Below are positions 9,046 through 18,027 of a stretch of 60,103 nucleotides of DNA, in pieces. The stretch spans positions 1 through 60,103 of the forward strand of contig JAGBSK010000035.1 of assembly GCA_017631895.1 (NCBI GenBank). Reading direction: 5' to 3'. The translations under genes were made by a program, and so were the position numbers. Origin of the DNA: Alphaproteobacteria bacterium. GTDB lineage: Bacteria > Pseudomonadota > Alphaproteobacteria > Rs-D84. Under the pieces are notes generated by a model. It was not told the origin of the DNA. It did not search any database and was given only the letters and a program-made list of their open reading frames with translations. How positions within the stretch are numbered: position 1 is the first letter of the stretch; every line of letters begins with the position of its first letter.

Positions 9046-9070
9046 AAAAACCGCCGATTGGCGGTTTTTA
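9046..9070 (+). terminator. rpmH intrinsic terminator
   Basis: AAAAA-ACCGCC-GATT-GGCGGT-TTTTATTT. Confidence 0.75.
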
Positions 9071-9077
9071 TTTACAC

Positions 9078-9108
9078 AAAAAAATCCCGCCAGGTGGCGG
9101 GATTTTTT
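9078..9108 (-). terminator. pyk intrinsic terminator
   Basis: A7-TCCCGCC-AGGT-GGCGGGA-T6. The pyk stop codon (9107-9109) lies in the T-run. Confidence 0.75.
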
Positions 9109-10477
9109 AATCCAATGTACGCAGGCTGATTTTATCTTCGTCCACGATAACCAATTTACCCATATTGATATTAAATCGACGTGCGGAATTAAACGCATCG
9201 CGCATGCCAAATAATTCTGGGCAATAAATTGGGAACACACCACGCGCCAGACACAACTGATTTGCGACAACCGATTCATTACATACCGCAATAACCGGAA
9301 TATCTGGTTTGCGACACGAAATCTGGGTCGTGGCAATTGTATCGCGTGCAAACACAACAATGGCGGACGCCTTGTTCAAATACGCCATAGACGCAACAGA
9401 ACGAGACCAATCGTTTTCTGGTATATTTTCAACACGCGACCAATCGTACGGATTCGCAATAGCGTCCGCATCTGCATACGCCAAAATATTATACATAGTT
9501 TCGATAACACCAACCGGATTGATACCAATTGTCGTTTCTTCGGACGTCATGGTCGAATCTGCACGCAAATATGCCGCATTCGCAACGTCTGTAATTTCGG
9601 CGCGGGTTGGGAATTCGCTGTTTACCATAGAACCCAACATCTGGGTCGCAACAATTACTGGCTTATTCATCTTGCGACATTCGCGAATAATATGGCGGGA
9701 AATTGCTGGAACCTCGGCATAGGGAACCTCTACAGCAAGGTCGCCACGCGCAATCATAATACCATCCGCCGCCGCCGCAATATCTGTGATGCGTTCAACC
9801 GCATTTGGACGTTCGATTTTCGCAATAATCTTAATCGGATGCGCGGTGCGTTGGGTGATGAAATCACGAACTTCGGCTATATCCTCGGGCTTTTGCACAA
9901 AAGATATTGCAACATAGTCCGGATTTTTTGTAATTGCGTATTCCAAATCCGCACGGTCTTTGGCCGTCAGTACAGATGTGTTAATTTCTGTGTCCGGCAA
10001 ATTAAAGCCACGACGCGACCAGATTTCAGTTCCACGAACAACCGTCGCATCAACGCGTTCAGAAGAAGCAAATTCAACACGCATTTCAATTTTACCATCG
10101 TTTAGCAAAATACGGTCGCCAACATTCAATGACCCCAAGACATCTGCATCAGGTAATTGCACACGCGACGCATTACCCGGCGTCGGGTCTGTGTCAAAAG
10201 TAAATTTCTGACCGATTTCTAATGGATATTTATCTTCGGTTTCAAAGTTGCCAATACGGTGTTTTGGCCCCTGCAAGTCAATCATAACAGCAACAGGCAT
10301 ATTTAATTCATCAGAAATTTCACGAATCATATCAATTTTGCGCCCCTGGATGTCGCCTGTGTCATGACTGAAATTCAATCGGCACATATTAACACCAGAT
10401 GAAATCATACGCGTTAATGTTTCACGATCTTCACACTTTGGCCCGATTGATGCAGTTATTTTTGTAAATTTATTCAT
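9107..10477 (-). CDS. pyk: pyruvate kinase
   Basis: 456-aa ORF with TKITASIGPKC, NMCRLNFSHD, IAKIERPNAV, IMIARGDLAVE, ATQMLGSM motifs. Confidence 0.95.
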   Translation of the reverse strand: MNKFTKITASIGPKCEDRETLTRMISSGVNMCRLNFSHDTGDIQGRKIDMIREISDELNMPVAVMIDLQGPKHRIGNFETEDKYPLEIGQKFTFDTDPTPGNASRVQLPDADVLGSLNVGDRILLNDGKIEMRVEFASSERVDATVVRGTEIWSRRGFNLPDTEINTSVLTAKDRADLEYAITKNPDYVAISFVQKPEDIAEVRDFITQRTAHPIKIIAKIERPNAVERITDIAAAADGIMIARGDLAVEVPYAEVPAISRHIIRECRKMNKPVIVATQMLGSMVNSEFPTRAEITDVANAAYLRADSTMTSEETTIGINPVGVIETMYNILAYADADAIANPYDWSRVENIPENDWSRSVASMAYLNKASAIVVFARDTIATTQISCRKPDIPVIAVCNESVVANQLCLARGVFPIYCPELFGMRDAFNSARRFNINMGKLVIVDEDKISLRTLD

Positions 10478-10560
10478 AATAAACCCTTAATTTTGTTTTC
10501 TTGATTTTTGTGATTTATGATATATCATAAAAGCCATAAATAAACAAGGGGAAAACAGAA

Positions 10561-10809
10561 ATGAAACAGGCAAATCACGGCGCAATTGACAATCAGCAAT
10601 TGTTAAGCATTATTGAACGTATTGAAAAACTGAACGAAGATACCGCAGCAATCGCTGCCGATATCAAGGAAATTTATTCCGAGGCTAAATCTGCAGGTTT
10701 TGACCCAAAATATATTCGCCAGATGATACGCCTGCGCAAGTTGGATCCAGATGAACTGGACGAAGCAGACGAATTAACACAAATGTATCGCAACGCATTA
10801 GGTATATAA
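10561..10809 (+). CDS. gapR: GapR / DUF2312 (UPF0335) nucleoid-associated protein
   Basis: 82-aa ORF. LLSIIERIEKLNEDTAAIAADIKEIYSEAKSAGFDPKYIRQMIRLRK closely parallels Caulobacter GapR (LKSIIDRVERLE...IKEVYAEAKGNGFDVKVLKKVVRIRK). Confidence 0.85.
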   Translation: MKQANHGAIDNQQLLSIIERIEKLNEDTAAIAADIKEIYSEAKSAGFDPKYIRQMIRLRKLDPDELDEADELTQMYRNALGI

Positions 10810-11123
10810 TGAAAGGCTTTACAAAAACAGTCGAAGATTTTAACTGCGCCCATTGTGGCGCAGTTGTACATGGAAATGGATACACAAATCATTGTCCGGA
10901 ATGTTTGTGGTCGCGACACGTTGATAATAACCCAGGCGACCGTGGCGCAACGTGCGGCGGAATGATGCGCCCCACCATGATTGAGGCAGACGGCGACAGA
11001 TTTATAATTACACATGTATGCGAGATATGCGGAAAAACAAAACGTCAACGAACATCCGATAACGACAATATGGATGCGATAATAGAAATATCAAAAAATA
11101 ATTCCTTTATATTTGGAAAATAA
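10809..11123 (+). CDS. RNHCP-domain zinc-ribbon protein
   Basis: 104-aa ORF. CAHCG...YTNHCPECLWSRHVD...CGG...CEICG (RNHCP-type motif plus extra Cys pairs). Start overlaps the gapR stop (TAATG). Confidence 0.65.
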   Translation: MKGFTKTVEDFNCAHCGAVVHGNGYTNHCPECLWSRHVDNNPGDRGATCGGMMRPTMIEADGDRFIITHVCEICGKTKRQRTSDNDNMDAIIEISKNNSFIFGK

Positions 11124-11147
11124 AAATCCCGCATGTGCGGGATTTTT
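11122..11147. terminator. bidirectional intrinsic terminator (RNHCP gene / RND gene)
   Basis: AAAAA-TCCCGC-ATGT-GCGGGA-TTTTTA. The RND stop codon lies in the T-run. Confidence 0.75.
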
Positions 11148-14100
11148 ATTTACGCCATTTTGGTTTCCAATGACGCGCACGTTCAATAAGGAAGAACAAT
11201 GCAGGCGTCAAGGTGAACGTGAACACGAGACTTGCGAACATACCACCAATCATAACCGCACCCATGGCAACCTTCATACCGTCAATTGACCATAACTGGG
11301 GTACCATACCCGCCATAACCGCAATTGATGTCATCAAAATCATGTTTTTGCGTTCCATCAATTCTGTCCACAGGGCGGTGTGCATGTCTTCGCCACGATT
11401 TACACGATTAATTGTTGGTTCCAATACCAAAATGTTATTGTTAACCACCAAACCAACCAACATAACAAACGCCAACATCGCACCAATGTTCATGGTTGCC
11501 CCAGACAAGAACATCAGGATGAACACACCTGTGAAACTGGTCAAGATAGATGTAGCAATTGTGAATGGGTGTGCCAATGAATTCAAAATCGCAGCCAACA
11601 ACATAAACGTCAGAATAGTCGCCAGCAAGAAAGCCTTGCCGATTTCGGCCGCCGCTTCGACCTGGTATTCGGACATACCACCAAATTCAGCATAGAAACC
11701 ATATTCCCAGTCAATTTTATCCAGTTCAGATTGGATTTTACTTTGCACCGGTCCCATGGTTGATTTACCGATATTAATATCAATTTCAGTCAGACGATTT
11801 TTATTCTGACGACGAATGTCTGGTGTTGCGCGCGCCATTTTAATTTCACCCAGGGACGATAATGGAACCATACCCTTTTGCGAATTGACATAGACATTAT
11901 CAAACAAAGACGCGTTTTTGAACGGACGGGCAAATTCCAAAACAATTGGATATTCTTCGCCGTTTTCTTTGTATTTATAATCGTCGTTGCCGTACAGCGC
12001 AGTACGCAATGTTGTACCAGCGTACGAGTTCTGAACACCCCAGAAATTCATCTGTTCCTGATTTGGGATGAACTGGGTTTCCATGGCGGGCAACTGTTGT
12101 GCGCGGACGGCCGATTGAACCTCGGGTATTTGATTGACGACGTCAATAATATGCGCTGCGTACGCTTCTCGTTTTGCGTCGTCTGGTCCAAACACGTTTA
12201 ATACCAGGTCGGATGATACGCCGGCAGAATGAGCCTCGCCCGCGCGGATTTGGATTTCTGCATCCGCAATATCGGCAATCGATGGCAACATTTTCTGTGC
12301 CAGCATTTTATCCGATACATCACGTTCAGAAACATCAACCAATTCAACCTTGACGTTAATATTCTGCAAACCTTGGTCGCCGATTTTTACAGTTGTGGCG
12401 GCCACTTCGGGGAACTGTTTCAGGCGTTCTTCGATTTGCATCGCAATCGATTCAGAACGTTCATACGTCGCACCCATTGGCGCACGCGCCGTGATTGTAA
12501 TTTCATTGGCATCCGTCGTTGGGGAAAATTCGTTTCCAACAAACTTCATCAACACGGTAGAGCCAATAAATATTGCCACAGCCATCCCAACAACGCGCCA
12601 TGGGTGCGTAGACTGGAAATCAAACCAGCGACGCATCCAACCTGTGCTGGTTGGTTTGGGGTATGCAGTTTGTTTTTGTTTCGCAGATTTATTATTCTTG
12701 TCCGTCAGACGCAAGAACTTTGCAATCATCATTGGCGTTAATGTGAACGAGAACATCAAAGACAACAATGTCAAGTACACAACCGTCATACCAAACTGGA
12801 CCATAAATTGACCCACAATACCGCCCATAAACGCCAAAGGCAAGAACACCACCACGTTCGTGCCAACACCCGCCAAAACAGACACGGCTACGTTTTTCGT
12901 ACCATCTATTGCGGCGTCTTCTGGGGTTTTGCCGGCACGCATTTCTTGCAGGGCCGCTTCTATCAAAATAATTGCGTTCGATACCAATGTACCCAATGCC
13001 GATGAATATGCCAACAGCGTTAATGCGTTAATTGTAAAGTTGCTGTTGTCCATAAAGAAGAAGCCGGCAACCAAGGACGCAGGAATAACCACGCCCGCGA
13101 TAACGGTCGAACGCCAGTTGCGCGTAAACGCCAACAACACTAAAACAGTCAACACAACACCCAAGATAATGCCGTTAATTGTACTGTCTGTTTCGTCGGA
13201 CACGGCAATGGACGAGTCAGACGCAATCAGCATTTCTGCACCCGGGAAACGGCTTTGCAGGTCGGCCTGAAATTCCGGCATGTGTTCACGCAATTCGCCA
13301 GAAATATTTACCGCATTACCATCAGACGCCTTGACCACGGATGCAATAACAACAGGTTCGCCGTTATAACGCGCACCGTTTTCAATATCACGCGCGGCGT
13401 CCGAAATTTCGGCAATGTCTGATAATTTGAAATTGCCACCTTCGACCGTTGTCAGGCGCAGATTTGCAATTTCATCGACGGACGCAAATTCACCAATAAA
13501 ACGTACGTTTGATGAATTAACAGATGTTTCTATTTTTCCACCCGGGACATTCAAATTATGCGACCCCAGAGCAGATACAACATCCATAACCGTGACCCCG
13601 TGCGCCGCCATAGAATCGGGATTTAATGCAATTCGAATGGCACGTTCACGGCCACCGAATACGGACACACTTGCCACACCATGCAAACCTGTAATCTTGG
13701 TCGATAAAACGTCATCAACATATTCTTCGACCGCGCGCGCGTCCGCACCACGAATAACAATGTCAACCACAGACTGTTGCAAGGGGTTTAATTTTTCAAC
13801 AACCGGATTTTCCATATCGGATGGGAATTCGGAAATCAGCGAATCCAGTTTTGTTTTAACCTCGTTCGCTTTGTCATTAACATTTACGCCCAGATTAAAT
13901 TCCGCCATTACCATGGCACTGTTTTCATAGACATACGACGTAATTTTCTTTAATTCGGAAACCTCACTCATCGCGTCTTCTGCGCGTTTTACAACCTGGG
14001 ATTCTAATTCAGATGGCGCGGCACCTGGATAGATAAATGTTGCCGTCACCATTGGAAAATCCAACGCAGGTGTACGTTCTACATTCATATTTGGAAATGA

Positions 14101-14175
14101 GACCAAGCCCAATACAACCCATACCAAAACAAACATTAATGTGGTAATTGGTCTGCGAACAAAAAACTTTAACAT
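11146..14175 (-). CDS. RND (AcrB/HAE-type) inner-membrane efflux transporter
   Basis: 1009-aa ORF. MLKFFVRRPITTLMFVLVWVVLGLVSF N-terminus. Two large periplasmic loops alternating with two 6-TM bundles. Confidence 0.95.
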   Translation of the reverse strand: MLKFFVRRPITTLMFVLVWVVLGLVSFPNMNVERTPALDFPMVTATFIYPGAAPSELESQVVKRAEDAMSEVSELKKITSYVYENSAMVMAEFNLGVNVNDKANEVKTKLDSLISEFPSDMENPVVEKLNPLQQSVVDIVIRGADARAVEEYVDDVLSTKITGLHGVASVSVFGGRERAIRIALNPDSMAAHGVTVMDVVSALGSHNLNVPGGKIETSVNSSNVRFIGEFASVDEIANLRLTTVEGGNFKLSDIAEISDAARDIENGARYNGEPVVIASVVKASDGNAVNISGELREHMPEFQADLQSRFPGAEMLIASDSSIAVSDETDSTINGIILGVVLTVLVLLAFTRNWRSTVIAGVVIPASLVAGFFFMDNSNFTINALTLLAYSSALGTLVSNAIILIEAALQEMRAGKTPEDAAIDGTKNVAVSVLAGVGTNVVVFLPLAFMGGIVGQFMVQFGMTVVYLTLLSLMFSFTLTPMMIAKFLRLTDKNNKSAKQKQTAYPKPTSTGWMRRWFDFQSTHPWRVVGMAVAIFIGSTVLMKFVGNEFSPTTDANEITITARAPMGATYERSESIAMQIEERLKQFPEVAATTVKIGDQGLQNINVKVELVDVSERDVSDKMLAQKMLPSIADIADAEIQIRAGEAHSAGVSSDLVLNVFGPDDAKREAYAAHIIDVVNQIPEVQSAVRAQQLPAMETQFIPNQEQMNFWGVQNSYAGTTLRTALYGNDDYKYKENGEEYPIVLEFARPFKNASLFDNVYVNSQKGMVPLSSLGEIKMARATPDIRRQNKNRLTEIDINIGKSTMGPVQSKIQSELDKIDWEYGFYAEFGGMSEYQVEAAAEIGKAFLLATILTFMLLAAILNSLAHPFTIATSILTSFTGVFILMFLSGATMNIGAMLAFVMLVGLVVNNNILVLEPTINRVNRGEDMHTALWTELMERKNMILMTSIAVMAGMVPQLWSIDGMKVAMGAVMIGGMFASLVFTFTLTPALFFLIERARHWKPKWRK

Positions 14176-14196
14176 AATCTATACCCCCTGCCCTGA

Positions 14197-14805
14197 TTAT
14201 TTTTTAATTTGCACTTTATCGCCGGCACGAACCGATGACAGAATTACAACATCGCCATTATTCAAACCTGATTTAATGTATGCGGTTTCTGAATCCTGGC
14301 GCGCGATTTCAATATTGCGCGCGACTGCCACGCCATTTTCGGCAACATAAACCGTACCATCTGTAACTGCATACAGCGGCACAAAATGTCCGTCCGCGTT
14401 AAATTCCGCCATTTGCAAACCATCCGCCACACCAGACGTGCGAACAACATACATTCCCGTATCATAGTCAATATTTGATGACACAGATACGATTTTACCA
14501 TCGCCAACTTTTTGACCCGCACGCAACTTTTTTGCGCGAGCACCCGATACATACGCACGATTATTTTTTACCGCCAGCGGTTCGTACAATGTCCCGGTTG
14601 TGTTTGACATTTCAATTGCCATTACCGGCAACCCAGTATCCGCCGCAACACGCGATGCATTAAACACAAAACGCGAATTTTCAGACGCAACCGCCGCAAA
14701 GCGGAATATTACCCAGCCCGCCAATAGCGCAACCAGTGCAATATATGCGATTTTTTTGAATTTCTTGGCCGCTAATGTTCTTTGTATTTTTTCCATTTTA
14801 TTCAC
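14197..14805 (-). CDS. unusually short RND periplasmic adaptor (beta-barrel plus membrane-proximal part only)
   Basis: 202-aa ORF between tolC and RND genes. TM anchor IAYIALVALLAGWVIF. RAKKLRAGQKVGDGKIVSVSSNIDYDTGMYVV and VPLYAVTDGTVYVAENGVAVARNIEIARQDSETAYIKSGLNNGDVVILSS resemble MFP beta-barrel and MP domains. No coiled-coil hairpin segment visible. Confidence 0.6.
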   Translation of the reverse strand: MNKMEKIQRTLAAKKFKKIAYIALVALLAGWVIFRFAAVASENSRFVFNASRVAADTGLPVMAIEMSNTTGTLYEPLAVKNNRAYVSGARAKKLRAGQKVGDGKIVSVSSNIDYDTGMYVVRTSGVADGLQMAEFNADGHFVPLYAVTDGTVYVAENGVAVARNIEIARQDSETAYIKSGLNNGDVVILSSVRAGDKVQIKK

Positions 14806-16129
14806 CTAACTTTTTTACCGTTTCCGCAGACATTAAAATATTGTACTTCATTTGCAACACAGACACATCCAACGAATACAATCCCGCCGAAACGTCCGCC
14901 AATTCAACCGCAGATGTCTGGCCCGACGCAAAACGATTCTGGGACAGCTCATACGTCTTTTGCGCCAAATCACGCGCGTTTTCCAGGGACGCCAGATTAT
15001 CACGCAACATATCGTACTGATTGATTGCGGTGTTATACTGTTCCGTTGTGATTTTCTTGGCCTGGGCCAGGTCTTGGCGTGCCGCTTCGGCATTCATGGC
15101 TTCGACCGTAGCATTGGCACGATTTAGACCACCATTGAAAATCGGCATTTGTAATGCAAGCCCCCAATATGCAGACTGCCCCCCCTTTTCATCAAACATA
15201 TGCCCGACATCGCCCGACATTGATGAATATGTATAGGACGCAGTTGCCGCCAATGTTGGATAATTATTTGCACGCTTGGAACGCGCCAGGCGTTCATACA
15301 TGTTTGCCTGTTCGTCCAAGATTTCCCATTGTGGCGTTGACTTTAATTCAGGTGCATTTAATGCAGAAAACGCCGCCGGAAAATTATCTGTTAAAACCAG
15401 TTCTTCATCAACATCAATACCCGCCATGATTTTCAACATGCGATGCGCGGTATCACGATTAAACTTTACATTAGCCAGATTTACTTGTTTTGTAATAATA
15501 TCGGATTCAATCTTTAACAGATTGCTGCGATTTGCACGACCGGCAGATGTTAATTTATTTTTTGCCGTTTTCGCATTCTTCAAATCTTTTTCCGCCAGGG
15601 CAACCATTTCATCGGTCATTTTAGCCGTCCAATACAGGTCGGTTGCGGCATAGCGAACCTCGCGCGCGGTCAATTCACGCGAAGACTGGGCCATTTTAAT
15701 CGCAGACTTTACAGATTTTACCGCGTTGCCAATTTTGCCAAACGTATAAATCGGTTGGGTCAGGGTCAAGCCCGCCTGAAAAATATTATCTGGAATTTCA
15801 ATATAGACAGATTGGTCCTTTAATGATTCTGAAATCAATCCCCCCAACGCAGGTGGCAATTCAATCCCCATTGATTTTGATGGGTTTTCAATATTTACAA
15901 GATTCATGTATGACGCGCTGCCTTCGATTGAAAACCAACGGTTGGCGTTGGCCGCATCCAGGGATGCTTCGGCCTTGTTAACGTTTGCTTGGGCCTTTTT
16001 CAGGTCATGTGATTCACGTTCAATTTTTGAAACCGCATCTTTTAACGACAGATCCAAAGAATACGCCGGCGAAAAACAAACACCGGCGCACAAACACGCA
16101 ACCATAGATATGGTCTTAATTTTGTTCAT
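14798..16129 (-). CDS. TolC/OEP-family outer-membrane efflux channel
   Basis: 443-aa ORF. Signal peptide MNKIKTISMVACLCAGVCFSPAYS. Duplicated OEP halves (SIEGSASYMN / TLAATASYTYSS). Overlaps marR by 14 nt and the adaptor gene by 8 nt. Confidence 0.85.
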   Translation of the reverse strand: MNKIKTISMVACLCAGVCFSPAYSLDLSLKDAVSKIERESHDLKKAQANVNKAEASLDAANANRWFSIEGSASYMNLVNIENPSKSMGIELPPALGGLISESLKDQSVYIEIPDNIFQAGLTLTQPIYTFGKIGNAVKSVKSAIKMAQSSRELTAREVRYAATDLYWTAKMTDEMVALAEKDLKNAKTAKNKLTSAGRANRSNLLKIESDIITKQVNLANVKFNRDTAHRMLKIMAGIDVDEELVLTDNFPAAFSALNAPELKSTPQWEILDEQANMYERLARSKRANNYPTLAATASYTYSSMSGDVGHMFDEKGGQSAYWGLALQMPIFNGGLNRANATVEAMNAEAARQDLAQAKKITTEQYNTAINQYDMLRDNLASLENARDLAQKTYELSQNRFASGQTSAVELADVSAGLYSLDVSVLQMKYNILMSAETVKKLGE

Positions 16130-16571
16130 TATTCAACTCCACCTTTTTAATAATGTCGCGCATAGTACGCAATGCGTCGGTCAGGTGTGCCTCATCCTCG
16201 CGCGAGAGGGATGAAAAAACACGCTCAATCCCCGTACGAAACATATCCATCGCACTGCGTGCCAATTCTGCACCCGCCGGTGACACACAATACCAAGTAT
16301 TGCGACGATCTTCTTCGTCAATTGTGCGAATAACCAGACCGTCTGCTTCTAATTTACGAAATGCGGCACACAAATTCGGCGCAGACACATGTTCGCGACG
16401 TGCAATGTCTTTCAACCGCGCACGACCGCCATTGTGCAAACGCACCAAGATTGACATCATTTGACGTGGATAACCCGTCGTATCAACACGTTCAAGACGA
16501 AGTTTGTCTGCGATTTTATCCAACGTCCAGATATTTTCTTCCATTAAACGAACAAATTCCTTGCGCGCCAT
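16116..16571 (-). CDS. MarR-family transcriptional regulator
   Basis: 151-aa ORF. Winged-helix segment QMMSILVRLHNGGRARLKDIARREHVSAPNLCAAFRKLEADGLVIRTIDEEDRRNTWYCVSPAG. Confidence 0.85.
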   Translation of the reverse strand: MARKEFVRLMEENIWTLDKIADKLRLERVDTTGYPRQMMSILVRLHNGGRARLKDIARREHVSAPNLCAAFRKLEADGLVIRTIDEEDRRNTWYCVSPAGAELARSAMDMFRTGIERVFSSLSREDEAHLTDALRTMRDIIKKVELNNEQN

Positions 16572-16623
16572 TTTTATCCCCTGTATAATAGGTTTGATTT
16601 AGAAATTGTTATAAAACTGAATT

Positions 16624-16652
16624 ATTATACATTTTAACAAACTCTTTTGCAA
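16624..16652 (-). promoter_or_regulatory. promoter candidate of the marR-tolC-adaptor-RND operon
   Basis: TTGCAA-N17-TATAAT on the minus strand, ~46 nt upstream of the marR ATG. Confidence 0.5.
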
Positions 16653-16930
16653 GTGTTTTGTTCAAAAAAAATCTGCGAAAATATTTTGTTTGACCGACGC
16701 AACGTTTGTGTGCAACATTTGTCGTGCGAAAATGGTTTTAGGTCTGAATTTTTTAACACCGCACGCGGGCGCGAAATCGCATCGCTGAATATTGACGGGC
16801 AAAGACAGTATATAGAAGACCAAGACGCTTTCTTAATTCGCAACCGCATTAAAACACGCCAACAGATTGATTTTGAACTAAAACAAGACGCAATTCAAAA
16901 TGAATTGGGTACCGTATTCTGCTGTAAATC

Positions 16931-16960
16931 AAAATAAAAACCGCCGAATGGCGGTTTGTT
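16931..16960 (-). terminator. murG intrinsic terminator
   Basis: Minus strand AACCGCC-AUUC-GGCGGUU followed by UUUAUUUUG immediately after the murG stop. Confidence 0.7.
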
Positions 16961-18004
16961 TTATTTTGTTATTTCATCGCAGATTAAATCTACGGCCCGA
17001 TTTTCAATGTGCGCCTTGTGCGCCATTTTTTCCAGACGCGACGGGTTATCAAATAATTCCGTCAGGGTTGATGACAACCAACGTGGGGTGAATTTAGACT
17101 GTTCTATTGCGAACCCGCCGCCCGTTTTAGCAAAAGATGCCGCGTTTGCCGCCTGGTCCGGGTTGATATTTAACGGCACCAATATCGCGGGGCGACCAAT
17201 TGTTTGTAATTCTATGACCGTGCTGGCCCCGCTGCGCCCTATTACCAAGTCCGCACCCGAAATTGCGCCCGCCATATCATGAATGAACGACAGAACATTT
17301 GCGCGAATTTTATTGTCGGCATAAAACTTTTGCAGACGTTCCACATTTTCTGGACGCGTTTGGTGGGTGATGAAAATCTTTTTATTTTTCATAGACGCAA
17401 TTGCGGCGGGAACCACTTCGTCCAAAATTTGCGCCCCCAGCGAACCGCCCGTTATTAACAACCTTGATTCGCCCGGCAACGGCGCACCAGACACATTAAT
17501 AAAATCACGACGTACCGGCAGACCTGTGTACACCACGCGTGTCTGCGCGTTTGGAATACCAGATACGGTCGGAAAACTTGTCATCAATGTTTCAACCCAG
17601 CGCATAGAAAACTTATTCGCACGACCAATTGCCGCGTTCTGTTCATGCAAGAACGTTGGAATATGCCATACATGCGCGGCAAACACCGCCGGCACAGACG
17701 CATACCCACCAAACGCAACAACGCGGTCCGGGCGAAATATCATAAAGCGCAATGTTAACGCAATTGAAGACACACCTATCTTGAACAATGCCCACATTTG
17801 TTTGATGCGACTTTTTGCGCCAACACCCGACGCCCAAACGTGCGCAAAGCGCGCACCCGCGGGCGCGCCACGGTGCACCATATCGCGCACACGCCCATCG
17901 CATGAAATTGTTATTTTATGACCACGTGCATGCAAACATTCCGCAACACTTAGTGCTGGATACACATGTCCGCCCGTGCCACCCGTTGCAATCCAAATTT
18001 TCAT
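16961..18004 (-). CDS. murG: UDP-GlcNAc:lipid I N-acetylglucosaminyltransferase
   Basis: 347-aa ORF. IATGGTGGHVYPALSVAE N-terminal G-loop, TGGSLGAQ, GASTVIEL motifs. Confidence 0.95.
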   Translation of the reverse strand: MKIWIATGGTGGHVYPALSVAECLHARGHKITISCDGRVRDMVHRGAPAGARFAHVWASGVGAKSRIKQMWALFKIGVSSIALTLRFMIFRPDRVVAFGGYASVPAVFAAHVWHIPTFLHEQNAAIGRANKFSMRWVETLMTSFPTVSGIPNAQTRVVYTGLPVRRDFINVSGAPLPGESRLLITGGSLGAQILDEVVPAAIASMKNKKIFITHQTRPENVERLQKFYADNKIRANVLSFIHDMAGAISGADLVIGRSGASTVIELQTIGRPAILVPLNINPDQAANAASFAKTGGGFAIEQSKFTPRWLSSTLTELFDNPSRLEKMAHKAHIENRAVDLICDEITK

Positions 18005-18027
18005 AATTTACACCCCTGTTCTTGGTT

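Noticed and set aside
8674-9360. 228-aa minus-strand ORF spanning the rpmH region and the 3' end of pyk
   Set aside because: It runs antisense through rpmH, crosses two intrinsic terminators and overlaps pyk in another frame. The composition is Cys/Phe/Arg-rich in the manner of shadow frames. There is no SD.
16647-16937. 96-aa plus-strand ORF in the marR-murG spacer
   Set aside because: It has no in-frame ATG and no SD. Its TTG start is the -35 box of the opposite-strand promoter. The downstream hairpin is already explained as the murG terminator. It is kept only as part of the 'unexplained spacer' finding.
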